A stretch of DNA of 64,000 bases from Bacteroidetes bacterium HGW-Bacteroidetes-16 (GTDB lineage: Bacteria; Bacteroidota; Bacteroidia; Bacteroidales; F082), in assembly GCA_002840975.1 (NCBI GenBank), contig PHDN01000015.1, positions 35,192 to 99,191 on the forward strand, read 5' to 3'. Position numbers and translations under genes: made by a program. The notes beneath the pieces are model-generated. The model did not search any database. It saw only the letters and a list, made by a program, of their open reading frames with translations, and had not been told where the DNA came from. Each line of letters starts with the position of its first letter. The stretch's first letter is position 1. This document shows, piece after piece, positions 29,891-38,783 of this stretch.

Positions 29891-30634
29891 ATGAAAATTT
29901 CTATGAAATATATACTTACTATAATCTTTGTTTTAGGTCTGGTTCAATTGGAAGCACAAACGGATAAAAACTTTATTTTAATATTGGATCAGGGTTACTA
30001 TTATCAGCATAAAGACAATATTGATGCATCAAACGCTCTTTATGGGTCAAATCAGTTTGGGGAAAAGATAAATGATTTGACTTTTAACTTTTATGCGGGG
30101 AAAAAGTTTAAAAGCCATTTCTATTACGGGTTGGGATTGTCTTATTGCAATTTTACTGATGAATTGAACCCAAATGCAGATGTACCTGCCATCAGTGAAT
30201 CGATTGGTTATGGAAATATATTAGGATATTCTAATAAGAAAGAAATTCAAAATGAGATCAGCCCCCTTATTTTTTTTCAATATTTTACGAATATTTCAAA
30301 CAGGATAACCATTGCAGTTGAATTCTATTCGAAATACAGTTTTAACAAAACTGAAACCAACCACCTGCATTATGAGGTTGACAGTGCCAGTTATTCCTAT
30401 GTTATTTATGAAGAGATACATGAAAACACCGAAAAAGAGTATTTCTGCTTTGGGCTTCAACCGGTTTTTAAACTTGATATTTATAAAAATTTTGGCATGG
30501 AGCTAAGATTAAAATTGGTTGAATACACACAAAAAACCTATGACTCAGTAATTGATAGAGAAAAAAAGACCAGCAATTTTGAAATAGGATTTAAACCGGA
30601 AAACTGGTTGATTGGATTCTATATCAGGCTTTAA
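29891..30634 (+). CDS. Secreted hypothetical protein, probable small outer-membrane beta-barrel; tandem paralog 2
   Basis: 247 aa. Signal peptide. Shares blocks with paralog 1 (FGEKxNxLTFNFxAGKKxxxHFYYGxGxxY, ISPLIFxQYF, GFKPENWLxGxYxRL). Confidence 0.5.
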   Translation: MKISMKYILTIIFVLGLVQLEAQTDKNFILILDQGYYYQHKDNIDASNALYGSNQFGEKINDLTFNFYAGKKFKSHFYYGLGLSYCNFTDELNPNADVPAISESIGYGNILGYSNKKEIQNEISPLIFFQYFTNISNRITIAVEFYSKYSFNKTETNHLHYEVDSASYSYVIYEEIHENTEKEYFCFGLQPVFKLDIYKNFGMELRLKLVEYTQKTYDSVIDREKKTSNFEIGFKPENWLIGFYIRL

Positions 30635-30664
30635 TATTTGATAAACTACCACACCTCCCAACTA

Positions 30665-30685
30665 GCGCGCGAATGTTTCGCGTGC
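30665..30685 (+). terminator. Hairpin (9-bp stem with 1 mismatch, gcgcgcgaa/ttcgcgtgc) 30 nt after the paralog-2 stop; weak U-tract
   Basis: Inverted repeat read directly from the sequence. Confidence 0.3.
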
Positions 30686-30723
30686 CCTTAATACAACAAT
30701 TAGCAAATCAATAAACTGAGGCT

Positions 30724-30829
30724 GGTTCAATTCTGCCAACAGGGTTGTGTTTTTGTTTAAAGTTTGAGAAAAGGGTAGTTGATGCAGGTAATGGCACGCG
30801 TTGGAAAAAAAGCGCACCAGAGATGGTGG
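30724..30829. repeat. Intergenic direct repeat copy A (~106 bp)
   Basis: About 85% identical to 31042..31145. Contains the core motif GGCACGCGTTGGAAAAAAAGCGCACCAGAGA. Confidence 0.6.
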
Positions 30830-30928
30830 TTGCCTGGATTGAAATCCAGGATTACAATATCGGTCGTGCCTACGGCACTTTGAGTAGTTTAGGAAATCGG
30901 TAGTTATTACAGGTTTGGGGTGTTGGTT

Positions 30929-30967
30929 GGGTCACGTGTTGAAAAAAAACACGCACCAGGGAGACAA
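30929..30967. repeat. Partial third copy of the repeat core motif (GGTCACGTGTTGAAAAAAAACACGCACCAGGGAGA)
   Basis: About 75% identical to the 3' portion of copies A and B. Contains a 6-bp stem (cgtgtt/aacacg) around an A-rich loop. Confidence 0.5.
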
Positions 30968-31041
30968 CTTCATGATAGCACAATATCCATTGCCACGCGG
31001 CTTTAGCCCGTGGCTCCAGGCAAATTATTAATACAAATACT

Positions 31042-31145
31042 TGTTCAATTCTACCAACCAGGCTATATTTTGTTTAAAGTTTGAGAAAACGGTAGTTGAT
31101 GCAGGTAGCGACACACGTTGGAAAACCGCACGCCAGAGGTGGGGG
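31042..31145. repeat. Intergenic direct repeat copy B (~104 bp)
   Basis: Aligns with copy A across ttcaattct..tttgtttaaagtttgagaaaa.ggtagttgatgcaggta...cacgttggaaaa.cgcac.ccagag.tgg. Confidence 0.6.
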
Positions 31146-31180
31146 AAAGAGTACAAGAATGATAAAAAGGTGTTTTTATC

Positions 31181-31220
31181 AAAAAAAATTTCAATCAGGG
31201 TGTTGCACCTGATTGAAATT
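31181..31220 (-). terminator. Rho-independent terminator of the NfeD-flotillin operon (13-bp perfect stem aatttcaatcagg/cctgattgaaatt followed by a U8 tract on the minus strand)
   Basis: The hairpin lies 21 nt beyond the flotillin stop codon (31242). The + strand A8 run at 31181-31188 becomes the U tract on the minus strand. Confidence 0.6.
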
Positions 31221-31241
31221 AAATGAATTACGTAAAATAAA

Positions 31242-32759
31242 TTATTTTATTTCCTCTTTTTCGGGTTCAGTGGCGGATTTTTTATCCTCGGCAACTTCAC
31301 CTTTTAAGTAGGAAGGTAAATTCAGTCCTGCCATATTAAACAGGTCATTCAAAGGAGGAATGGTTTTCATCATCCCTGAAACAAAATTGGCCGTAGAAGA
31401 ATTTCCGGTATCGGTTTGATTGCCTGAATCCCAAACCGTAATTTTGTCTATTTTGATGTTTTTAATGGCATCTACCTGTGTTTTCACCAGTTCGGGAAGT
31501 TTCTCTATCAGCAACAGTTGGAAAGCTTTGGTCGGGTCGCCACCGGCGGCAGCCACTACCTGTCGGTACCCTTCGGCCTGTTTGGTGAGGATTTCGTATA
31601 ACCCTTTTGCTTCGGCTTCCATTTTGGCATAAATGGCATCCGCCTGGCCCTTGGCATTTTCCCTGATTTGTTCTGCAACGGCTTGTGCTTCGATGATCAC
31701 CCGTTGTTTGTCGATTTCGGCAGGGACCACAATGTTGGCTATTTGGGTAGAACGTTCTCTTTCTGAACGCGCTGTTTCGGCCTTTTGTTCAGCCACATAC
31801 GATTCTTCCAGTGCCCTGGCTTGTTGCACTTTTTCCGCTGCTACTGCCAAATGTGCTGCTTCGGCTTCTTTTTCCCTGCGCAGTGCATCGGAGTTGGCGA
31901 TGGATATTTTTGCTTCGTTTTCACCTTTTATGGCCAAAGCATTGGCTTCGGAGGTTTTTACCCGGGTGTCGCGCATGGCTTCGGCCCGGCCAATGGCTTC
32001 ATCTTTGGCTGCCACGGCGATACTTACTTCTCTGTCTTTTTGGGTGATGGCAATCTTCACATCCCGGTCGCGGTGGGTTTCAGCGATCTGCGTATCTTTT
32101 TCGCGGTTGGCCATTTCTTTTCCGGTTTCACCAATCTTTTCCTGCTCGGCCACACTTACTTTGGCTTCGTTGATGGCTTTTGCGGCGGCTTCTTTACCCA
32201 AAGCCTCAATGTATCCCGATTCGTCTTTTATGTCGGTAACGTTCACGTTGATCAGTTTCAAACCGATTTTCTTCAATTCGCTGTCTACGTTTTTCGAAAT
32301 GTTTTCGAGGAATTTATCGCGGTCGGTATTGATTTCTTCGATGGTCATGGTGGCTATCACCAAACGCAACTGACCAAAAAGGATGTCCTTGGCCAATTCC
32401 TGAATCTGTTCCGATGACAATCCCAAGAGACGTTCAGCGGCTGTATTCATGCTGTCACTCTCGGTGGAGATGGCAATGGTAAAGCGGCTTGGCACATCTA
32501 CCCGGATATTCTGTCGGCTCAGGGCATTGGTTAGATTGGCTTCGATGGAAAGAGGTTTGAGGTCCAGAAAGGCATAATCCTGAATTACGGGCCAGATAAA
32601 GGCGCCACCACCGTGCACACATTTGGCCGAAGTACCTCCTGTTTTTCCATAAATAACCAATATTTTATCCGAGGGACATCGTTTGTAACGTGAAACCAGG
32701 GATAGAATGGTGATAAAAAGTACAATGGCTGCAACAACGACAATAATGGCTGGTGTCAT
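31242..32759 (-). CDS. Flotillin-family SPFH/band-7 protein (YqiK-like)
   Basis: 505 aa. N-terminal TM. SPFH domain. Long Ala/Glu/Lys-rich coiled-coil region. C-terminal flotillin tail. Confidence 0.85.
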   Translation of the reverse strand: MTPAIIVVVAAIVLFITILSLVSRYKRCPSDKILVIYGKTGGTSAKCVHGGGAFIWPVIQDYAFLDLKPLSIEANLTNALSRQNIRVDVPSRFTIAISTESDSMNTAAERLLGLSSEQIQELAKDILFGQLRLVIATMTIEEINTDRDKFLENISKNVDSELKKIGLKLINVNVTDIKDESGYIEALGKEAAAKAINEAKVSVAEQEKIGETGKEMANREKDTQIAETHRDRDVKIAITQKDREVSIAVAAKDEAIGRAEAMRDTRVKTSEANALAIKGENEAKISIANSDALRREKEAEAAHLAVAAEKVQQARALEESYVAEQKAETARSERERSTQIANIVVPAEIDKQRVIIEAQAVAEQIRENAKGQADAIYAKMEAEAKGLYEILTKQAEGYRQVVAAAGGDPTKAFQLLLIEKLPELVKTQVDAIKNIKIDKITVWDSGNQTDTGNSSTANFVSGMMKTIPPLNDLFNMAGLNLPSYLKGEVAEDKKSATEPEKEEIK

Positions 32760-32768
32760 AATTATTTT

Positions 32769-33338
32769 TTAAAGGGTTTCTACAATTAAAATATCTCCGC
32801 TTTCAATTTTTACCACTTTTACTACGGTTCCTGTGGTGATTTTTTCCTGTTCTGTCATGGCATCCAGTTCATGAAACGAGCCTTTGATGCTGATCATGAT
32901 CTTGCCTTTTCCGCTTTTTTGTCCCGGAATGGTGAGATAAACATCGGCTGTTTTGTTGAGGGCGCTGGTGATTTTAAATGAATTGTCTTCGGCCAACTTC
33001 TGAATTTGGGCAATGATGAGAAAAAACAAGTAAACAAATAGCAAGCCTACCACCAGCGCAATAATCAGCAAGACAGTCGGATTGGAAATGGTATGATAAA
33101 ATGAAATGCCCGTCCAGCTGAAACCCAGCAAAAAGTTGATCAGATTTCGCAGGGAGAAGGGCTGAAACTGAGCTCCGGAGCCATCCATACCGGCATCAAA
33201 GTCAGTATCCATGCCGCCATCGGCAGCATCTGCACCTACAAAAGTCATGATGGTTTGAATGATAAAAATAAGGCTGCTGGGGATGGCTACCAGCCAAAAG
33301 ATCCTAAGTAAAGGTTCCAGGTTTTCGATTATTTCCAT
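32769..33338 (-). CDS. NfeD-like membrane protein (YqiJ-type partner of flotillin)
   Basis: 189 aa. TM segments followed by a C-terminal OB-fold-like beta domain (GKIMISIKGSFHELDAMTEQEKITTGTVVKVVKIESGDILIVE). Lies 9 nt upstream of the flotillin gene. Confidence 0.7.
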   Translation of the reverse strand: MEIIENLEPLLRIFWLVAIPSSLIFIIQTIMTFVGADAADGGMDTDFDAGMDGSGAQFQPFSLRNLINFLLGFSWTGISFYHTISNPTVLLIIALVVGLLFVYLFFLIIAQIQKLAEDNSFKITSALNKTADVYLTIPGQKSGKGKIMISIKGSFHELDAMTEQEKITTGTVVKVVKIESGDILIVETL

Positions 33339-33479
33339 GACGGTAAATTTATAAATATTTCTTTATGAACAGTCTTCAAAATTGGGTGAAATTCATCTGG
33401 AATTTGCATAGGTATTTAATGTTTCTGTTTTATTTTGGCCCGCTCTTTATTCGGATATAAGATATTCTTAAATGGTTAT

Positions 33480-34910
33480 TTAGATAATGATTAATTTTTT
33501 TCTTATTTTCTGGTTATTAAATTCTATTTCAACAATATATAAACCTTGCTCAAACTTTGAAATATCAACTTTATCGGTGTTTTCATGTTGATGCATTACT
33601 TTTTGGCCCAGGTTGTTATAAAAAGTGATGTTAATAATAGCAAAGTGAAGATTGCCAGATATATTAACCACACCATGTGCCGGGTTTGGGGATAGGGTAA
33701 AATTGGATATTTTACCGGACTCTGAAATATCCGAAGCCTGACATGCCTGTTCCACTTCTTCCTTGCTGTTGCAGCCAGGTGCATTGTACCAAATTGAAGC
33801 CTCTGCATCGGGGTTGGCCAGATAGCTGCATATGCTTTCAACTTCACAGGTGGATAATGAATCATTTCCTGTCAAAATTAGCGAGTAAATGTTTTCAGGA
33901 TTGATATTTTCAAGGCCGGATAAGCTTTTTAGTTTCCCGGAAGAATCTATCCAGATATACCCGCCAAGAAATGATAGGTTTTGCAGTGCTGAGATACTTG
34001 CGATAGCGGGGTTGTTTCTGAGATAGAGACCATAATTTAATGTGTCTAAACTACTTATTCCTTGTAAACTGCTTAGAGATTGATTCTTGTCAAGCATTAG
34101 GTACCCATGGATAGCCCTCAGATTTTCTAATCCCGTTAAATCAATAAGTGAATTATTTTCTTCCATCTGAAGGTTTCCTCCTATCGTGATTAAATTTTCT
34201 AAGCCTTCCATATTAACTAGTGATAGATTACCATTGTTGCTTATGTAAGGAATTAAAACCATGTCCCCGCCAATGGACGTCAAACCCGACAATCCAGATA
34301 AATTTTCAAGGGAATAGTTGCTTTTTATGTGAAAATCTCTCCCAATGGTGGTTAGATTATCCAACCCCGACAGGTTAATACAATTCGTTTGAATGATCCA
34401 AAAATCCCGAGCAATGGAATATAGTTTTCCAAGTCCTGATAAATTGCTCAAATTACTTCTCATAATGGCCATATCTCTTCCAACGGAGGTTAGGTTTTGT
34501 AGCCCCGACAAATCAGTTAGTTCATAGCATTCATATATGTTAAGATCCCGCCCAATGGAAGTCAGGTGATCCAGTCCTGACAAACTTACCAAGGGTGTTC
34601 CATAAAAATTAAGGTCGCCACCAATGGTCGTCAGGTTAATCAAACCGGTTAAATTAATGGTCGTATCGTAGGACCAAAATTCCAATGAACCTCCAATTGA
34701 GGTTAAAACGCCTAATCCATCAACATTTGTGATTCCTTCATCGGCTACCCAAACATTACCTTCAATTTCAGTGCAATTTGGATAATTGAGGTGAAAGTCG
34801 TCGATTGACTCCTGGGAATAGAATGAAATGCCATCAGGAAGGCATGATTGGGCATAAGCCATTAACCGAATAGTAAAGATTAGGAGAATGATCAAATTTG
34901 TTTTCTTCAT
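33480..34910 (-). CDS. Leucine-rich-repeat (BspA-like LRR) surface protein with T9SS type A C-terminal sorting domain
   Basis: 476 aa. Signal peptide. About 12 repeats of L..L.SIGGDL/RD..I motifs. The C-terminal ~80 aa ...LYIVEIEFNNQKIRKKLIII matches the Por secretion tail. Confidence 0.7.
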   Translation of the reverse strand: MKKTNLIILLIFTIRLMAYAQSCLPDGISFYSQESIDDFHLNYPNCTEIEGNVWVADEGITNVDGLGVLTSIGGSLEFWSYDTTINLTGLINLTTIGGDLNFYGTPLVSLSGLDHLTSIGRDLNIYECYELTDLSGLQNLTSVGRDMAIMRSNLSNLSGLGKLYSIARDFWIIQTNCINLSGLDNLTTIGRDFHIKSNYSLENLSGLSGLTSIGGDMVLIPYISNNGNLSLVNMEGLENLITIGGNLQMEENNSLIDLTGLENLRAIHGYLMLDKNQSLSSLQGISSLDTLNYGLYLRNNPAIASISALQNLSFLGGYIWIDSSGKLKSLSGLENINPENIYSLILTGNDSLSTCEVESICSYLANPDAEASIWYNAPGCNSKEEVEQACQASDISESGKISNFTLSPNPAHGVVNISGNLHFAIINITFYNNLGQKVMHQHENTDKVDISKFEQGLYIVEIEFNNQKIRKKLIII

Positions 34911-34963
34911 TGTTTTTATTTTTAACAGTTTGCAGCGGAGTATTTCATTTTGATCGAAACAAT

Positions 34964-36925
34964 TTATTCATCTTTTACCAGCACCACCTTCTCATTTCCT
35001 TTTTTAATGATTTGAAGATAATAGTATTTTATTTTTGTATAATCTGCGGCCTCATAAACCGGATTTTTAAACGAATAGGTAAACGAAATGTTGATCTGGT
35101 TATCTTTCTGATCTACAAGGTAGTCCATTTCAAAGATTTCATTTTTAATGTGTTCCGTTTCAGGGGTAAATTCGGCATGGTAACCTTCCGGGATGTGAAT
35201 GACAGAAGTAAAACTACGTTTGGTGGCATAGACCATGTCGATGGGGTAGCTTCTAGTTTTTTGTTTCAACGGATTAATTGAAAGCGTTTCATTCAAAAAT
35301 GGTGAAACATAAATTTTATTGTTGATCTCTTCTATCTCCAGGATGACATCGCATGACATCAGATACGGAGCTTCTTTCTTTGATTGATTTTGAACGGTTA
35401 TGGTAGAATCCACAACAACATATCCTTTTTCAACCAAATGTGTTTTTATTTTTTCATAATTTTCTCCATATTTATTCCTTAATTCCAGGGCATCGTATTC
35501 AGTTGCAGACAGGCTCATGTGGGTCGACAATTTTTGTCCATCCAGATTCATGTTAAGATTGGTTTGTAAATCCGATATCATTTTGAATTCCAGACTGACC
35601 CATTTTACCTCTTCTTTATTTATAATAAGTCCCATGTCGTTAATACAGCCGGGTGATATCCGTGAGTTGGAACCGTGAATTTCTGTTGCATCAGCAAGTA
35701 TGTTTTTGCCTTCCACATTGGCAAAAATGATCACATAATTAAAAAAATCAAGATAAGGATAATCATATTTTATTTTGCCATGATCGCGCGTGCTAATGAG
35801 CACAGGATAGGCTTCAATCCCTGCTTCATTCAGCAATCCAATGGCAAATAAATTGATATCAGCGCAATTGCCGGTTTTGGTATCAACCAAATTGCCCGCT
35901 GATTTTGATGCATAAATACCTTTATGATCATTCCAGCTGATGGAGCTTTTTACCTTGTTCATAATCAGGTTATATTTCTCTTCTTGAGGCTTTTTTGATA
36001 AACTGTCCATATTGAACAGCTTTGAAGCAAAGCGCCCGCTTTTGTTGACATGTCTTCCAAAGTTTTCATTTCTGTTCAGGTCTCTGATTAAATCAGGCCA
36101 GGTGGTAACAACATAGGAAGTGCCACCATGAAGCGAGTTGATTTGTGCCAACTGAAAATTCATCTTAATGATATAGTCGTTTATAGAGGAAATAAATTCC
36201 TCATCCTTAAAAGCGGGAACATTTTCCATAACAAACTCATGGATCATTTCTCCATAATTAATCCCTGCAATCTGTTGAGGATTCTTGGGGGAAACAAATG
36301 ATTTTTGGGCATCGAAATGATCTGCCCCCTGAAGGAGATAGGAATACTCATAGAATGGGATCATGGCGACATTGTATTCGCTATAAACAACCGGAATCCG
36401 CCACTGAAATTTCCAGTTTTCCAGATTAAATACAAATGGAGTAATTACTTTGTATTTATACTCTATGACTGTGCCATCTTTTACGTTCGGGATGGCAAAT
36501 TTCTTCACATCCCAATGCTCGTTTTTCTTTTCATCATGGGTATCAATGTTGTCAAATTTTGTTTTCTTTAAAACACCCCCCTCCACATTGTAAGTATATG
36601 CCTCAATATCATAAATCTTCTCCCAGTCATCACCTTTATGATAAAACGGGATTTCTATATCGGCCCATTTTCGACCCGGCTCTGAAAATATTTTTATTCT
36701 GGTTCTTCGTTCAAATACCAAATCAAAACCATTGTCGTCCCGAATAAAATATGATTTGCCAATATCATACAATACAACAGCCTCTGCTGCTTTATCTTCT
36801 CCTGTACAAGTATAGTCAATGTCATACTGGCCAATTTGACCGTACTCTTTTGAAAGGGTTTGCGCTTCTGTATGAAGTGTATGATTAAAAAAGAGGCCTA
36901 AAAAAAGGAAGAGGTATTTTGTCAT
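34964..36925 (-). CDS. DUF3857 / transglutaminase-like cysteine peptidase-fold / DUF3858-type protein (paralog 2 of the operon)
   Basis: 653 aa. Signal peptide. Transglutaminase core GNCADINLFAIGLLNEAGIEAYPVLISTRDHG (Cys...His) with a downstream Asp (ILADATE). Confidence 0.65.
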   Translation of the reverse strand: MTKYLFLFLGLFFNHTLHTEAQTLSKEYGQIGQYDIDYTCTGEDKAAEAVVLYDIGKSYFIRDDNGFDLVFERRTRIKIFSEPGRKWADIEIPFYHKGDDWEKIYDIEAYTYNVEGGVLKKTKFDNIDTHDEKKNEHWDVKKFAIPNVKDGTVIEYKYKVITPFVFNLENWKFQWRIPVVYSEYNVAMIPFYEYSYLLQGADHFDAQKSFVSPKNPQQIAGINYGEMIHEFVMENVPAFKDEEFISSINDYIIKMNFQLAQINSLHGGTSYVVTTWPDLIRDLNRNENFGRHVNKSGRFASKLFNMDSLSKKPQEEKYNLIMNKVKSSISWNDHKGIYASKSAGNLVDTKTGNCADINLFAIGLLNEAGIEAYPVLISTRDHGKIKYDYPYLDFFNYVIIFANVEGKNILADATEIHGSNSRISPGCINDMGLIINKEEVKWVSLEFKMISDLQTNLNMNLDGQKLSTHMSLSATEYDALELRNKYGENYEKIKTHLVEKGYVVVDSTITVQNQSKKEAPYLMSCDVILEIEEINNKIYVSPFLNETLSINPLKQKTRSYPIDMVYATKRSFTSVIHIPEGYHAEFTPETEHIKNEIFEMDYLVDQKDNQINISFTYSFKNPVYEAADYTKIKYYYLQIIKKGNEKVVLVKDE

Positions 36926-36926
36926 A

Positions 36927-38774
36927 TTATCGTTGTTGCGTTGTCACTATGTAAGTGCTTTTTTCAAGCTTTTTTACTTCTGTAATAAAATTGTAAAAGT
37001 CTTCGTATTCTTCAATCCCATACTCACCCGAATGAAGCAAAAAGCTTTTTATTACAACTATTTTGTTATCATATTCCTGAAATTCAATAGCGTAATCTCC
37101 GTATTTATTTTCGATATGTTGAGGTTGCAATGTGTTTGAAACCTTGTTTCCAACTGGAATTGAATACTCCAGGGTATCCGTTTTACTGATTGGATAATCC
37201 AATTGTACCGGCAACTTTCTGGTGCCTGGTTTTTCAAATTCAGGGATGGAGAAAGGGAGTATCTTTATAAGTGTCTCATTGCCATAATCTTTGTAAATAT
37301 TATCTGAACCGGCTGAATAGGACAAATGAATTACTGCGGAATCCCTGGGAGCTTCCTTCAGATTAAAATCGAGGAGTTCAAAGCCTTTCTCAACAAAATG
37401 ATCTCTGATAAAGGATAACTTTCTCGATTCGCTCATGGCATGGGATGCGGAAAAGAGTGATTCGTATTGTCCACCCTTGTAGGTATTTTCGAATTGGGCC
37501 TTCAATCCGTTGATATTATCGGGGAAGAATTTTATCCTTCTGGTTTCAAGCACTTCATTGGGTGAAAATGCCGGCGTCCATGCCAGATGGCTGTTGTTTT
37601 TTTCGATGATGAATACCTCCCTGTTTTGAGAAAACGTCCCTAAATAATTAAAAGGGCCATCGCTTGTGCAATCTAACCAAAGGGTGTCAGACTCAATAGG
37701 GACGTATAAAATAACATGATTAGATTGTTGTGAAGGCATGCTTTTGTCAATAGATCTAATAGGATCCCCGGCCCAAACTTTGGTATAATACGAGGGTATG
37801 CCGATAGTATTCAACACCGATTTGAAGTAATTGGTGAGGGCTTTGCAATCGCCATATTTATTTTTGGCCACATAAGCCGCCGAGTGTGGTTTGAGCCCTC
37901 CTGTTTCGATTGAAATATTAATATACCTCGTTTCGTCCTGTAAGTAATGATAAAGTGTTTTTATTTTATCGACAGGATGATCCATGCCCCTGATAAGGGT
38001 ATAAATTTTTGTTTTTTCGCTTTCAGGTAACTCTTCAATGTCCTCAAGCAATTGGTACTGCCAGTCACCATAGGATTTCCAGGTACTAAATGATCCATCT
38101 GTTTCGTAATTAAATTCCTGGGGAACAATGACAACGGAAGGCAAATAATTGAGCATAGGAGGCGAAAATGTCTCTGGTTCAATTACCTCATTAAAGGAAG
38201 CATTCCAGGTGTATTTTATTTTCGATTCATAAGAACTGGTTTTATAATGGCCGACAAACTGCTCCCTGATGGCCATTTTATAATCGTTAGGAACTTCAAC
38301 GGTTAAACTTGCCTGGAGAGTAGGCACTTTGATGTCGATTACCGGCAACCAATAATCCACGTATATAAACTCATCTTCCTGCACTTGATACGAATATACC
38401 ACGGTATAAGGATAGTTGTTATGCTTCAGGGTGAATTCCTTTATGAAATGATCTTCATAGAAAGAAAAATCCGAAATGAAGCTTCTTTCAGTAATGTCGT
38501 TTTTCTTTAATTTTCTGACAATTTCGCCTTGATTGTCTTTTATATAACCTTCAATCCCAGAAACTTTTTCCATGCTGGAAAATGGAATGCTTACCCTGGT
38601 GTATTTTTCACCCGCCCGGTTATTAATTTTGATTTCAACGGTCACCGTTTTAACAAGTTTGCCATTCTTTATAGAGATATGGGTAACCGTATTTACCAGT
38701 TCTGCCTCATATTTTTGTGCAAACAGGGTGGTAAGCGAAAGAATTGAAAATAGAATTATTAGTAGTCGAATCAT
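36927..38774 (-). CDS. DUF3857 / transglutaminase-like cysteine peptidase-fold protein (paralog 1 of the operon)
   Basis: 615 aa. Signal peptide. Core GDCKALTNYFKSVLNTIGIPSYYTKVWAG. Only 1 nt separates it from the downstream paralog. Confidence 0.65.
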   Translation of the reverse strand: MIRLLIILFSILSLTTLFAQKYEAELVNTVTHISIKNGKLVKTVTVEIKINNRAGEKYTRVSIPFSSMEKVSGIEGYIKDNQGEIVRKLKKNDITERSFISDFSFYEDHFIKEFTLKHNNYPYTVVYSYQVQEDEFIYVDYWLPVIDIKVPTLQASLTVEVPNDYKMAIREQFVGHYKTSSYESKIKYTWNASFNEVIEPETFSPPMLNYLPSVVIVPQEFNYETDGSFSTWKSYGDWQYQLLEDIEELPESEKTKIYTLIRGMDHPVDKIKTLYHYLQDETRYINISIETGGLKPHSAAYVAKNKYGDCKALTNYFKSVLNTIGIPSYYTKVWAGDPIRSIDKSMPSQQSNHVILYVPIESDTLWLDCTSDGPFNYLGTFSQNREVFIIEKNNSHLAWTPAFSPNEVLETRRIKFFPDNINGLKAQFENTYKGGQYESLFSASHAMSESRKLSFIRDHFVEKGFELLDFNLKEAPRDSAVIHLSYSAGSDNIYKDYGNETLIKILPFSIPEFEKPGTRKLPVQLDYPISKTDTLEYSIPVGNKVSNTLQPQHIENKYGDYAIEFQEYDNKIVVIKSFLLHSGEYGIEEYEDFYNFITEVKKLEKSTYIVTTQQR

Positions 38775-38783
38775 TTGTTGAAA

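Noticed and set aside
30724-31145. Possibility that the triple repeat in the 30.7-31.1 kb intergenic region is a CRISPR array
   Set aside because: The repeats are ~105 bp and only ~85% identical, with spacings of ~100 and ~75 bp. This does not resemble the 28-48 bp near-identical repeats and uniform spacers of CRISPR arrays, and no cas genes are nearby.
31633-32417. Long + strand ORFs (246 aa and 210 aa, Ala/Ser-rich or Phe/Gly-rich) inside the flotillin gene
   Set aside because: They are antisense to the Ala/Glu/Lys-rich coiled-coil region of flotillin. The low-complexity composition is a mirror artefact, and the flotillin frame on the minus strand is fully supported by homology.
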